Below, in pieces: positions 1 to 8,319 of a DNA stretch of 64,000 nucleotides. Origin of the DNA: a virus. The DNA lies in the IMG/VR virus record IMGVR_UViG_3300036818_000127, positions 32,001-96,000 of that record. The stretch is one strand, 5' to 3'. The notes under the pieces are model-generated. The model saw only the letters and a program-made list of their open reading frames with translations, had not been told where the DNA came from and made no database searches. Every line of letters starts with the position of its first letter. Position 1 is the stretch's first letter. A program made the position numbers and the translations under genes.

Positions 1-17
1 CTTCCATTTCTACCCTT

Positions 18-461
18 GTTGCATAAAAGGTATATGGTCGTATCTCTGTCGCATTTATTGTTGCATCCAAAACCATTATCAGTGTTGCATCCTGTGGTGA
101 CTGTTGCATCCCACTAAGTCCTCTGCATGTTGCAGTCAATATTACCTTGTTGTTATTGTCACATTTGCAAGCTGCATTATCCCTAACAGGAGAGATTTTA
201 TAGTGCTGCATGTCATTTCTGGTTGCATTATAGTTGCATGTACTACTTGCCTCCAGTTGCAGTTTCCCCTGGGTTATACTAGTTGCATTGTGTCACCTGA
301 TGGGATTGTGTTGCATTAATCCCCTCAAGGGACTATCACGTCAAGAAACCCGTTGCAGTCTTGTGTTGCATAGAAAGGAGTAGCAGTCTGTATAGTTGCA
401 GTATCCTCTAATTTCTGACAGTTGCATCAATCCCTAGTTGAGATTAGGATAGCATTGTTAG
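18..461 (-). repeat. tract of about 18 same-strand GTTGCA(T/G)-like motifs, irregularly spaced; decayed extension of the adjacent array
   Basis: Motifs at 18,48,60,84,103,129,171,205,222,233,256,282,310,352,365,380,395,421. Confidence 0.7.
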
Positions 462-890
462 GTTACAATTATGCCCTTTGCTAGTGCTGTTGCAATCATT
501 GGGCTAGATAACTTTCACTAGAGGGATAGAGCAAAGTTACAATCATTCCCCTAGCAGCTAGATCTCGCAACCTGTTTACACCTTCACCGATTGCTGTCAG
601 TCGCTCGCAGTTGCAATTATTCTTCCAGCAGCCAGCCATTGCAATGGAAGTACATTATATTGCAATTATTCCTCCAGCGGCCAGCCATTGCAATTAGAGA
701 AGAATAAAGGAGATGAGATGGGAAACAGGTTGCAATCATCCCCCAGCGACTAGACCCTTGCAACATGAGTTAGATGAGGGTGAGCAGCTGGCCTGGGCTC
801 GTTGCAATCATCCCCCCTGGCAACTATGCCATTGCAATCAGCATATTCTATATGATTTACAATATCATACCCATTGCAATCATTCCCCTA
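462..890 (-). CRISPR. degenerate CRISPR-like array, 35-38 nt repeats (e.g. GTTGCAATCATCCCCCAGCGACTAGACCCTTGCAAC on +)
   Basis: Repeats at 462-496, 536-571, 610-645, 659-694, 729-764, 801-838 and a half repeat from 873; spacers 39,38,13,34,36,34 nt; minus-strand 3' end GATTGCAAC. Confidence 0.75.
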
Positions 891-1092
891 TATATTTTAA
901 AAGAGCCAGCCTCAAGGGAGCCACCGCGAAGCGAGTACCCGCTAGGGTTTTGTGGCGATGTTCCTGCCAGAAAGAGTCAAGTCCCCTATACCCCTAAGAG
1001 TAATCTTCGGATCATACGGCCATTCCCCAGCAGCTCGGCCTGTAACTACTGAAGCGAACTTCGACGAGCCGAGACAATCCGAAGATTGCAAA
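873..1092 (-). ncRNA. putative structured scaffold/tracr-like RNA abutting the array
   Basis: 11-bp stem 1002-1012/1077-1087, CTCGGC/GCCGAG, GAAG-UUCG-CUUC hairpin on minus, GCCAC/GTGGC. Confidence 0.5.
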
Positions 1093-1097
1093 GCAGA

Positions 1098-1316
1098 TTA
1101 TAACACAGGTTTTCTGAGAAGTGTATCCCTTTTCTCCAATGCTTCCTTGAACATTTTCCATGCCCAACTCCGGCCAGATCCACGACTCCAGATGTCACAG
1201 GTATATGGCCTCCGGTCTCGAAGTATGGCCGTTACTCTATCGAAGTCTGCCTTCGTAAATTCGACGCATTCCTCAACATACTCATACTGCTCATTGCTGG
1301 TATTCTGCGTGTCCAT
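1098..1316 (-). CDS. hypothetical protein
   Basis: ORF track 1098..1421; start trimmed to MDTQ. Confidence 0.5.
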   Translation of the reverse strand: MDTQNTSNEQYEYVEECVEFTKADFDRVTAILRDRRPYTCDIWSRGSGRSWAWKMFKEALEKRDTLLRKPVL

Positions 1317-1719
1317 AGCCCTCATCTTTCTGCGGGATAACCTTGGGTAGTGTTTGCCCACCGAGGTAGATCCTTGCCTCTTCTTTGGCCTTATCAAATC
1401 CATTGATGAAATGCACATCACATGCCCCGCATACAGGGATTACATTTCGGTAAATTAGCCCTTGGGCACGATCAAACATGCATATCTTGCTACAAGTGTA
1501 TTTCTGGCATAAGCAGCATAGGCCGTGCCAATCACTCAAAATGCTGAGCCACTCTGGAAGGACAAGAGAGATAGGAGATACACCTTGCCGTCGCGCTTGC
1601 TGAGCCGCTGACTCCACGCGATCAAATTCCCTAAGTCGATCTTTTGAGTAGCACTTCTCGCAAAGTCCATATGCGGTACGGGATGAGAATGTAAGGCCAC
1701 AGATACAGCAAGTGCTCAT
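1291..1719 (-). CDS. Zn-binding, degenerate HNH-like protein
   Basis: Multiple CxxC pairs, NVIPVCGAC. Confidence 0.55.
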   Translation of the reverse strand: MSTCCICGLTFSSRTAYGLCEKCYSKDRLREFDRVESAAQQARRQGVSPISLVLPEWLSILSDWHGLCCLCQKYTCSKICMFDRAQGLIYRNVIPVCGACDVHFINGFDKAKEEARIYLGGQTLPKVIPQKDEGYGHAEYQQ

Positions 1720-1725
1720 AATGCA

Positions 1726-2160
1726 TTATCCAGGAGGTATGGCTTGTAGGAATTGCATAACAGGAAAGTCTACTTGGATAACTAGGTATTCATGCTCATT
1801 AAATATCTGTAGCTGACCTTCTACCTTTTGTCTCTCTATTCTTTCTCTTATCCTTTGTTTCTTGTTAGCCTCAAGTACTTCAGCATTATGTTGTCTTTGT
1901 GCTTTCCCGTGGCAACGCAGGCAAAGTATGATCAGCTCTGCTTCTGGATTAAGAGTATCATAGTTTGGATGATGAGCAGTTAAAACCACCCCTTTCTTTT
2001 TTCGTTTCTTCTTGCGGCTTTTCAGGAGGGGAAGCTGAATAATACTTGGTACCTCCCCTCGTATGCGGAGGCACTGAGAACAGAATGGTTGTAGGTTTCT
2101 CAGGTCGCGTGATCGTTCAGGAAAATTATCTGCATACCATTGCTTGCCGATTTTTATCAT
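1726..2160 (-). CDS. HNH endonuclease-like protein
   Basis: CSQC...LTAHHPNYD...LCLRCH. Confidence 0.65.
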   Translation of the reverse strand: MIKIGKQWYADNFPERSRDLRNLQPFCSQCLRIRGEVPSIIQLPLLKSRKKKRKKKGVVLTAHHPNYDTLNPEAELIILCLRCHGKAQRQHNAEVLEANKKQRIRERIERQKVEGQLQIFNEHEYLVIQVDFPVMQFLQAIPPG

Positions 2161-3260
2161 CAGTATGCTCCTGACTCCACAATGGTGTTTGTATCAATGA
2201 TCACGGAATGAGAATCAGATCTACTAACTACCTCTCTCAATACTGAGATAGCCCTTTCCATAACCTCAATACACTGTGCAGCCCTAATTCGATCATCATT
2301 CTCGAAGTTCTCTCGGTCAAGAGGGCTGGGTACTTTTCCCATAAAACCAGTCACATAGGTATATAATCCATTTGCGTCTTCGCGCCACTGTTGTCTAGTA
2401 CGTTCCTGTTGTATAAGGGCATGTCTCTCTTTGAAGCTAACACGGACCTCTTCACTAAGCTGGTCATTCTCGGCGGCTAATCTCGCAACGTGCTCCATTT
2501 TCTCTTTGAGCTTAGTCTCTTTCTCTTTGATTTGAGCTTGGGTTGCTTGCTTCTCAGTTTCGAGATCTACACCCATTTTGTCTATTTGCTTCTGTAGATC
2601 TTCTATAGTGTTCGTGACTGATTGGGGGATGACTTCCTTCTCAACTTCTACAATCTCAACTTCTGGTGTTGTTAGGGTTTCCATCTCTTGCTTCAGAGCA
2701 ATCATCTGTTTAGTAAGTTCATCTATCTCTTTTTGAGCCGCATCTTTGGAGTTGAAGAGTTGGAGCTGGGCAGCTTGTGCTTCTGCCTTTGATCTAGCAG
2801 CCTCTATTTTTGCTAGACGGACTTCTAGTTTTGCCTCTTTGATTGCCTCTTTTGTTGGGGGTAATTCACCTACGATAACCTGATCGACAACTTCTTCTGG
2901 AGCTGATGCCAACTCTCTCAGGACACTTACACCCAAAAGGGGATTTAATCCCTTTTTGTCTCCCAAATTCTTAGCAATGCTCATAAAGACTTTGGCATTA
3001 TCGTAAGATATCCCAAACTCACACTCTATCCAATCCCGAAACATCCCATGTGGTATATCCTCTTTTACCGTGATTAAGTTTTTCCCGATACTAATAATGT
3101 CCTCTGTTGTCCTCTTCAATAACCATTGCGTCTCAGCAGTCTTCTGGAGGACAAACCCGCGTCTATCTACTGGCACCTGCTCATAGTCAAACAAGGTCTG
3201 CCCAGGCTGTGTAGTCCCTGATTCATCATCAAAAAGACCTGGAAGCATATCATTACTCAT
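2160..3260 (-). CDS. DUF3102-like domain protein with coiled coil
   Basis: IISIGKNLITVKEDIPHGMFRDWIECEF signature; GGAGG RBS before MSND. Confidence 0.7.
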   Translation of the reverse strand: MSNDMLPGLFDDESGTTQPGQTLFDYEQVPVDRRGFVLQKTAETQWLLKRTTEDIISIGKNLITVKEDIPHGMFRDWIECEFGISYDNAKVFMSIAKNLGDKKGLNPLLGVSVLRELASAPEEVVDQVIVGELPPTKEAIKEAKLEVRLAKIEAARSKAEAQAAQLQLFNSKDAAQKEIDELTKQMIALKQEMETLTTPEVEIVEVEKEVIPQSVTNTIEDLQKQIDKMGVDLETEKQATQAQIKEKETKLKEKMEHVARLAAENDQLSEEVRVSFKERHALIQQERTRQQWREDANGLYTYVTGFMGKVPSPLDRENFENDDRIRAAQCIEVMERAISVLREVVSRSDSHSVIIDTNTIVESGAY

Positions 3261-4083
3261 TACCACCTCCAAGCAGAGACACAATAGGCAACTCTTCTGT
3301 CTGAGGGATATTCTTGCGGATTTCACCTACATCATCACGTATCTCTTTTGCAATGCTTTCTACGACTTCGCCCTTTGCGCTAATAATCTGCTCTTTTTCC
3401 CCTGCTGACAAATCTCTGATATCATCTTTCCCTAATCCCTGGAGTTTAAAGGCGCGATTAACGCCAGCGGCCTGCTTACCTAATGCCTCTCTATTCGTTA
3501 TAAGATTGACCATGAGTATCCTAATCGTATCATCCACAAATGTCTTTTTGCCGCTCCTGGCTTGCTCGTGCTTCTCTATTAAAATAGCATTCGTAACCGT
3601 TATATTGGCATTGTCATATACCCAGGCTCTCTGCTTTTCGCTCTTGATTAGCTTGAACTTCTCCCAACTCTCTGTGAGTATCCACTCAGCAAAAAGATCC
3701 CTTATGCGTTCTCGGACTCCTGTCAAGCGGCGCAACTGGATAGCAGCAAGCACGCTAGGATTTGTGTTAATGAACTCTTTCCATCTTCCATGTATCTCGC
3801 TTCCTTTAATATTATACGTCTTCTCTACCGTTGATGTGATGTTGCCCTTTCTGTCCCTTTTAATAATTGTCTCCATAACCTTCTGCTCTAGGGGAATATT
3901 ATTATAGAGCTGCATCTCATAGAAGGCCATCTTACAAATCCTGTCAAAGCCTTCTATTTCCTCTTTCTTCTCGCTTGCTTCAAAATCGTTGTGGGTTTCA
4001 GTAGACACTAGTGATGATATGGATAACAGATCAAGTGCTTGCATGCTGTTCATCTCCTGTGCGCTAATCAACGTTGCAATCAT
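3253..4083 (-). CDS. hypothetical protein
   Basis: 276 aa ORF; likely start 4053. Confidence 0.6.
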   Translation of the reverse strand: MIATLISAQEMNSMQALDLLSISSLVSTETHNDFEASEKKEEIEGFDRICKMAFYEMQLYNNIPLEQKVMETIIKRDRKGNITSTVEKTYNIKGSEIHGRWKEFINTNPSVLAAIQLRRLTGVRERIRDLFAEWILTESWEKFKLIKSEKQRAWVYDNANITVTNAILIEKHEQARSGKKTFVDDTIRILMVNLITNREALGKQAAGVNRAFKLQGLGKDDIRDLSAGEKEQIISAKGEVVESIAKEIRDDVGEIRKNIPQTEELPIVSLLGGGNE

Positions 4084-4213
4084 TCTCTGAATCGCGTCCT
4101 CCCGACATCAGGTACATCCATCCACATATATTTAGTATAGCACATGAATGCCATTGGCTCTTACCAGCATCATTGATCTCCCATTCTTTTTGTACTATTA
4201 CAAAGAGGTATTG

Positions 4214-4741
4214 TTACCGTTCCTCACCCTTCTTAGGCAGGTATATAGCAATTCCGCTTGTCTGGATTGGTCCTCCGTCTTTGCCAGCTAATTCAATCTT
4301 CTGCACGATGCTAGCACCTCTTGCTTCTCTTTCAGCCTCAAGCGCCAATTTCAAGAGACTTACGCTTGCAAGTGCTCCGAACTTCTCAGCCTTGATAAGT
4401 TCCTCAATCTGCTTTATTGCACGTGCTTGCTGAGTTGTACCAATCAATGCTTGACGCTCATTCATTAGGTCAACTTCCTTCTCAAGCTTCTTCATCTTTT
4501 CTTCAGCTACTTTTGCAATCTGCTCTTGATCAAATTTCTTGGCACGTGCAACCCACTGATACTTGCTACTCCATTCCTCAAGTGTTCGTAAACGCACCGT
4601 CGCTTTGCCGTCGCTTTGCCGTCGCTTTGCTTTAATGACCTCTGCAAGCTTTGTAAGCGAGCGGTCTGGTCCTAGGTAGCAATATTCTAGGAAGGCTGCA
4701 GCGGCAGGCGGTGTCTCAATTTCTTCTTTTCTGTGGGCCAT
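4214..4741 (-). CDS. phage terminase small subunit-like protein
   Basis: AFLEY..LG..RSL..LA HTH, WSSKYQWVARAKKFD, C-terminal ELAGKDGGPI. Confidence 0.7.
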   Translation of the reverse strand: MAHRKEEIETPPAAAAFLEYCYLGPDRSLTKLAEVIKAKRRQSDGKATVRLRTLEEWSSKYQWVARAKKFDQEQIAKVAEEKMKKLEKEVDLMNERQALIGTTQQARAIKQIEELIKAEKFGALASVSLLKLALEAEREARGASIVQKIELAGKDGGPIQTSGIAIYLPKKGEER

Positions 4742-4745
4742 AGTC

Positions 4746-4952
4746 TTACTCTTCTTGCTCCAGTTGTTCGAGCAACTCTTCTAGCACGTCTACCTTGGAT
4801 TGCTTCCTTGCGGCATCTAATGCATCTTCACTCATTGTTTGAGAGTCCCCTGTCAGGACAGCGAGGCCGATCTTCTTCAGCAGCTCTGATGCCTCTGAAC
4901 TGTACTGCGCCTGGAGGATATAGATCATATCAGTAAACTGTTCTTTTCTCAT
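4746..4952 (-). CDS. hypothetical protein
   Basis: ORF with RBS in operon. Confidence 0.5.
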   Translation of the reverse strand: MRKEQFTDMIYILQAQYSSEASELLKKIGLAVLTGDSQTMSEDALDAARKQSKVDVLEELLEQLEQEE

Positions 4953-5662
4953 ATTCTTTTGCTACCTCCAGAACCAGTGCATAAAAGCATACACGATAAA
5001 GTAGATAACCGTAGCTCCAACTGCAAGCCAGAATATAACCTGGAAGCATATGAGGATAGCAGTAAGGATGCCAACTCTCTTGATGGTCTTCTCTGTCCGC
5101 GCAAAGCTTCGATTGAACTGTTGTTCAAACTCTCTACCAAATGGATACATGTACTCTTTCCCTTCCTTTTAATCGGGATAGTTCTCAGTAAGTCTCTTAA
5201 CCACCGAGGTATAATGCTCTGTGTCAAGATCCCAGCCTTGTGCTTTACAGAAGAGATCAACAAGCTTGTCCATCCCATCTTCATCAAGGTAAGATAGGAA
5301 CGGGCCAGAGTCCTTTTCTGGAGCCGTTCCAACTTGTGGATAGAGAGGTCCAAGTCTGTATCATCCACAGTAAGCTTCAATCTGAACTTATCATTTTCGA
5401 GCTTTTCTGGATCGGGCTTTTGTGCATGGCAGTAAGGGCATACATTGATGATATGAGCATTGACAGTTACATCTACAGCAGGTGCATGCATCCAGAGGAT
5501 TGCTTGGGGCATACCATGGACATCAAGGTCAACAAGCCTTACATGAAAGATCTTATCAATGAATTGGCCTGTATCTGCATCGGTAATCTTGGTCTGGTAT
5601 CCTGGCCCACCGTCATTCTGGATGTGAACACGGCGCGGTGGCTGCGGCTTCTCTTCAGACAT
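4949..5662 (-). CDS. hypothetical protein; C-terminus probably frameshifted near 5315
   Basis: Strong RBS; track ORF overlaps the next gene. Confidence 0.45.
   Translation of the reverse strand: MSEEKPQPPRRVHIQNDGGPGYQTKITDADTGQFIDKIFHVRLVDLDVHGMPQAILWMHAPAVDVTVNAHIINVCPYCHAQKPDPEKLENDKFRLKLTVDDTDLDLSIHKLERLQKRTLARSYLTLMKMGWTSLLISSVKHKAGILTQSIIPRWLRDLLRTIPIKRKGKSTCIHLVESLNNSSIEALRGQRRPSRELASLLLSSYASRLYSGLQLELRLSTLSCMLLCTGSGGSKRI
4962..5150 (-). CDS. small membrane protein
   Basis: Hydrophobic C-terminal half. Confidence 0.5.
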   Translation of the reverse strand: MYPFGREFEQQFNRSFARTEKTIKRVGILTAILICFQVIFWLAVGATVIYFIVYAFMHWFWR

Positions 5663-5677
5663 GATTAATCCCTCCTT

Positions 5678-6403
5678 TTAATTCTCACGGATAGCAATCC
5701 AGCCAGCGAAATTAAGATAGCGCCAGAAACAGTCAATCTGCTGGAAACCAGCCATATGCAATAGTTCCTCATTCCACCTTGCTGTCACAGGCACAAGCAC
5801 ACCCTCTAATGAAAGCCTCTTTCGCTCAATAGCCTCTTGGGAGTAGCCATTTGTTGCCTTGAGAGCATAGTAATTCTTGACGAGCAGGGTATCAATCTCG
5901 GCGCTTGATCCCAGAAGCTTCTCAACAAGGATAAACACGCCGCCAGGGACAGTGTGCTTGAAGACCTCGCGGATGATCCGCTGGCGATACTCTATAGGAA
6001 CAAATTGAAGAGTCAGAATAGAAAGCGTGACACTTGCCTTCTCTGGCGGGTAGTCCTTCCGAAGATCAAGGGAACGGATAGAGGCATGTGGTTCTATCCA
6101 CCCATTTGAAAACCGATCACTTGCACACTGCAACATCGGCTGACTTACCTCAATCCCGACACATGTCGTCTGGTGCCAGAACTTCTCAACAAATGGAGCT
6201 AGGGCATCGCCGCGAGCACACCCAAGGTCAACAATAGCCGTATGGGGTTTCACGAAGGGAGAAGCAATATCGAACACAGATTGCCGCATCACCTCATATT
6301 GAGGGATAGAGCGAACAAGCATGTCCTCAAAGACATCTGTGACACTCTGGTCAAAATCCCATTTGGCATCTGTAGGCATGTGCCCTATACTATCTTTTGT
6401 CAT
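5678..6403 (-). CDS. cmoA: carboxy-S-adenosylmethionine synthase (CmoA-like)
   Basis: WDFDQSVTDVFEDML.RSIPQY, DLGC, TLQF, EK and NGYS.E.I..KR.SLE all match CmoA motifs, including the key Arg. Confidence 0.88.
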   Translation of the reverse strand: MTKDSIGHMPTDAKWDFDQSVTDVFEDMLVRSIPQYEVMRQSVFDIASPFVKPHTAIVDLGCARGDALAPFVEKFWHQTTCVGIEVSQPMLQCASDRFSNGWIEPHASIRSLDLRKDYPPEKASVTLSILTLQFVPIEYRQRIIREVFKHTVPGGVFILVEKLLGSSAEIDTLLVKNYYALKATNGYSQEAIERKRLSLEGVLVPVTARWNEELLHMAGFQQIDCFWRYLNFAGWIAIREN

Positions 6404-6410
6404 CGCTCTT

Positions 6411-6545
6411 TCCTACTTCAATTACTCTCTACTATTTGTAGAAAACTCTACAACTTTTTGGTTATGTACCCCAGGAAAGGGCCATACAACTAAGAGAGGA
6501 TAGATTACCCTACCTGACCATAAAACTTCCAGAATGGCACTACAG
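6411..6545 (-). repeat. dispersed intergenic repeat, copy A
   Basis: Similar to 33547-33756 and 48052-48262. Confidence 0.8.
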
Positions 6546-6938
6546 TGGCACCTGGTCCAATTGCTGGTTATACCCGTTTCTTGGTGATCTATTTGCTCTC
6601 ATAATGAGATGAGCCTCAATATCATCTGTTTGGAAGATCTCTTTTGCAAAGGCAATTGCATCCTCCTGGCTAAATTCCTTGCAAGAGCAAATATCAATAT
6701 CAACCTCGCCGTGCTCCGGCCACGTATGCAGACTAACATGACTCTCTGCAATGATGACGAATCCTGATAGACCGGAATCTGCATAGCTCGGTGTTTGGAT
6801 ATTGTAGAGGGATGCTGGGCTTACCTTCTCCATCCCGATGCGAGAGGGATACTCATCAAGGATGCGGCGCATAAGTAATTCGTTACTCAGGATAGCTCGA
6901 TCAATATCGTACATTTCTAACATTAAGTGGATGAGCAT
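6540..6938 (-). CDS. speD: pyruvoyl-dependent SAM decarboxylase family protein (SpeD-like)
   Basis: GLSGFVIIAESHVSLHTWPE self-cleavage motif. Confidence 0.85.
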   Translation of the reverse strand: MLIHLMLEMYDIDRAILSNELLMRRILDEYPSRIGMEKVSPASLYNIQTPSYADSGLSGFVIIAESHVSLHTWPEHGEVDIDICSCKEFSQEDAIAFAKEIFQTDDIEAHLIMRANRSPRNGYNQQLDQVPL

Positions 6939-6953
6939 GCTAGTTCTTTCCTC

Positions 6954-7466
6954 CTATAAAGATCCTGTCTTGAGTGCGTCGATTTTCCTCTGAAGATACC
7001 AGGAGAAAAACCCTTCATTTCTTTTTTGGAATTCAGGATCTTTCCAGGCATTGCCATCAATAGTGCCCCGACATTCAGGACTCCCACATTGACACTGCAT
7101 GCTCCAGACCCCATCATATCTCTCTGTTGTTTCATAATCGAAACATAGCTCTTCGCCTGCCAGGATATCACGGCGGGCAATGAATACCGTTTGGCCTTGC
7201 ACGCCGATATTCGGAGAGCAGCTATGATTCACCCCATAGGATTTCAGGTGGGGCACCCCGAGATAGACGTTATCACAAACATGATAGAAATTATCTGAGA
7301 TGGAGCGAGGAAAAGCATCAGTTTCCTCTTCAGTGATAATGTCCCCACCATATACAAAAGCGATTTCACCTTCTGGAATGAACTCTGTAGCAAAGAGGCC
7401 GATACCCTGGACAGGGCTGTTCTTGAATTCGCTCTTTGGCGAAAAGTAGGAATAATATTTATGCAT
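6954..7466 (-). CDS. SET/post-SET domain methyltransferase
   Basis: GIGLFA, NHSCSPN, GEELCFDY, CQCGSPECRG. Confidence 0.9.
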   Translation of the reverse strand: MHKYYSYFSPKSEFKNSPVQGIGLFATEFIPEGEIAFVYGGDIITEEETDAFPRSISDNFYHVCDNVYLGVPHLKSYGVNHSCSPNIGVQGQTVFIARRDILAGEELCFDYETTERYDGVWSMQCQCGSPECRGTIDGNAWKDPEFQKRNEGFFSWYLQRKIDALKTGSL

Positions 7467-8319
7467 TAGGAACTCCTTGGTGGATCTCACTAAAAAGACG
7501 GCGGTAAATGACAATAATTGCCTTCGCATGGCTTACATTGTACTTTGACTGAAGAAGCGTGTCATGCCACTCACGAAGTCCGCTGTTGATTTGCAATGGA
7601 CTATTTGTTCGGTACCATTTCCCACATTTCCAGAACTCAGGGAAGGCGCGGATAGCTAATCCCTTCTGGACAGGGATGTGGATATCATAGGATTTGCAAG
7701 AAAGAAGAAAGTCTATGAGGTCAGGATTGCGAAAGGAATCATAGATCTGTACCCCACATGAAAGTGCTGTTTTTATACAACTTATATCTGAACCACCTTC
7801 CCAAGCAAGCCATTCACGCCGCTTCTGCGTAAACCATTCCTCCCCATGTTCCTTGATACCTACAGAAAAAAAGCGAGATACGCCCCATAAGTCATCAGCA
7901 TTCATTGCGAATGATGCATCACGGTACCCATCATTAAAAGCTGCTTCTGCAAGATAGAGGAATGGATGCGCACATTGTATATGTATTTTTCTGAGTCTAC
8001 AGACAATTGGCAGCACACGGCGAATATCGGCAATGAGTGTTTCCTCATTCTGAGGGATTGAGACAATCGTATGGGGGATATCAAAGTACTTGCAGACAGA
8101 TCGAGAGACCTTTGCATCACTACTCTCACGGTTCCCTACCTGGAAGGTATAGCAGTGTGGTGGCTTATATCCGAGCGAGAGAATACCAGCAAGGTTTGTC
8201 ATACTATCAGTTCCGCCGCTTAGCATCAGCGGCATAGACACATAGGGCTTGATTGCCTCTTGGAACAGAGATCGGAATGTCTGCGCCTGCTGCTCTTGCT
8301 GTCTGCTCACTGCTCGCAT
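7459..8319 (-). CDS. asparagine synthetase-like ATP-dependent amide ligase without glutaminase domain
   Basis: PP-loop LSGGTDS, NADDLWG; RBS AGGAGAGG before MRAV. Confidence 0.75.
   Translation of the reverse strand: MRAVSRQQEQQAQTFRSLFQEAIKPYVSMPLMLSGGTDSMTNLAGILSLGYKPPHCYTFQVGNRESSDAKVSRSVCKYFDIPHTIVSIPQNEETLIADIRRVLPIVCRLRKIHIQCAHPFLYLAEAAFNDGYRDASFAMNADDLWGVSRFFSVGIKEHGEEWFTQKRREWLAWEGGSDISCIKTALSCGVQIYDSFRNPDLIDFLLSCKSYDIHIPVQKGLAIRAFPEFWKCGKWYRTNSPLQINSGLREWHDTLLQSKYNVSHAKAIIVIYRRLFSEIHQGVPNA

Noticed and set aside
18-461. TIGR-type dual-repeat array
   Set aside because: No fixed 36-nt period, no box C/D-like motifs and no Nop-domain gene seen.
104-1052. Cys-rich ORFs 104..319, 713..997, 774..1052
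   Set aside because: They arise from TGCA repeat motifs and have no recognisable domains.
4599-4630. 11-bp tandem repeat x3 in terS
   Set aside because: In-frame low-complexity expansion with no evidence of function.
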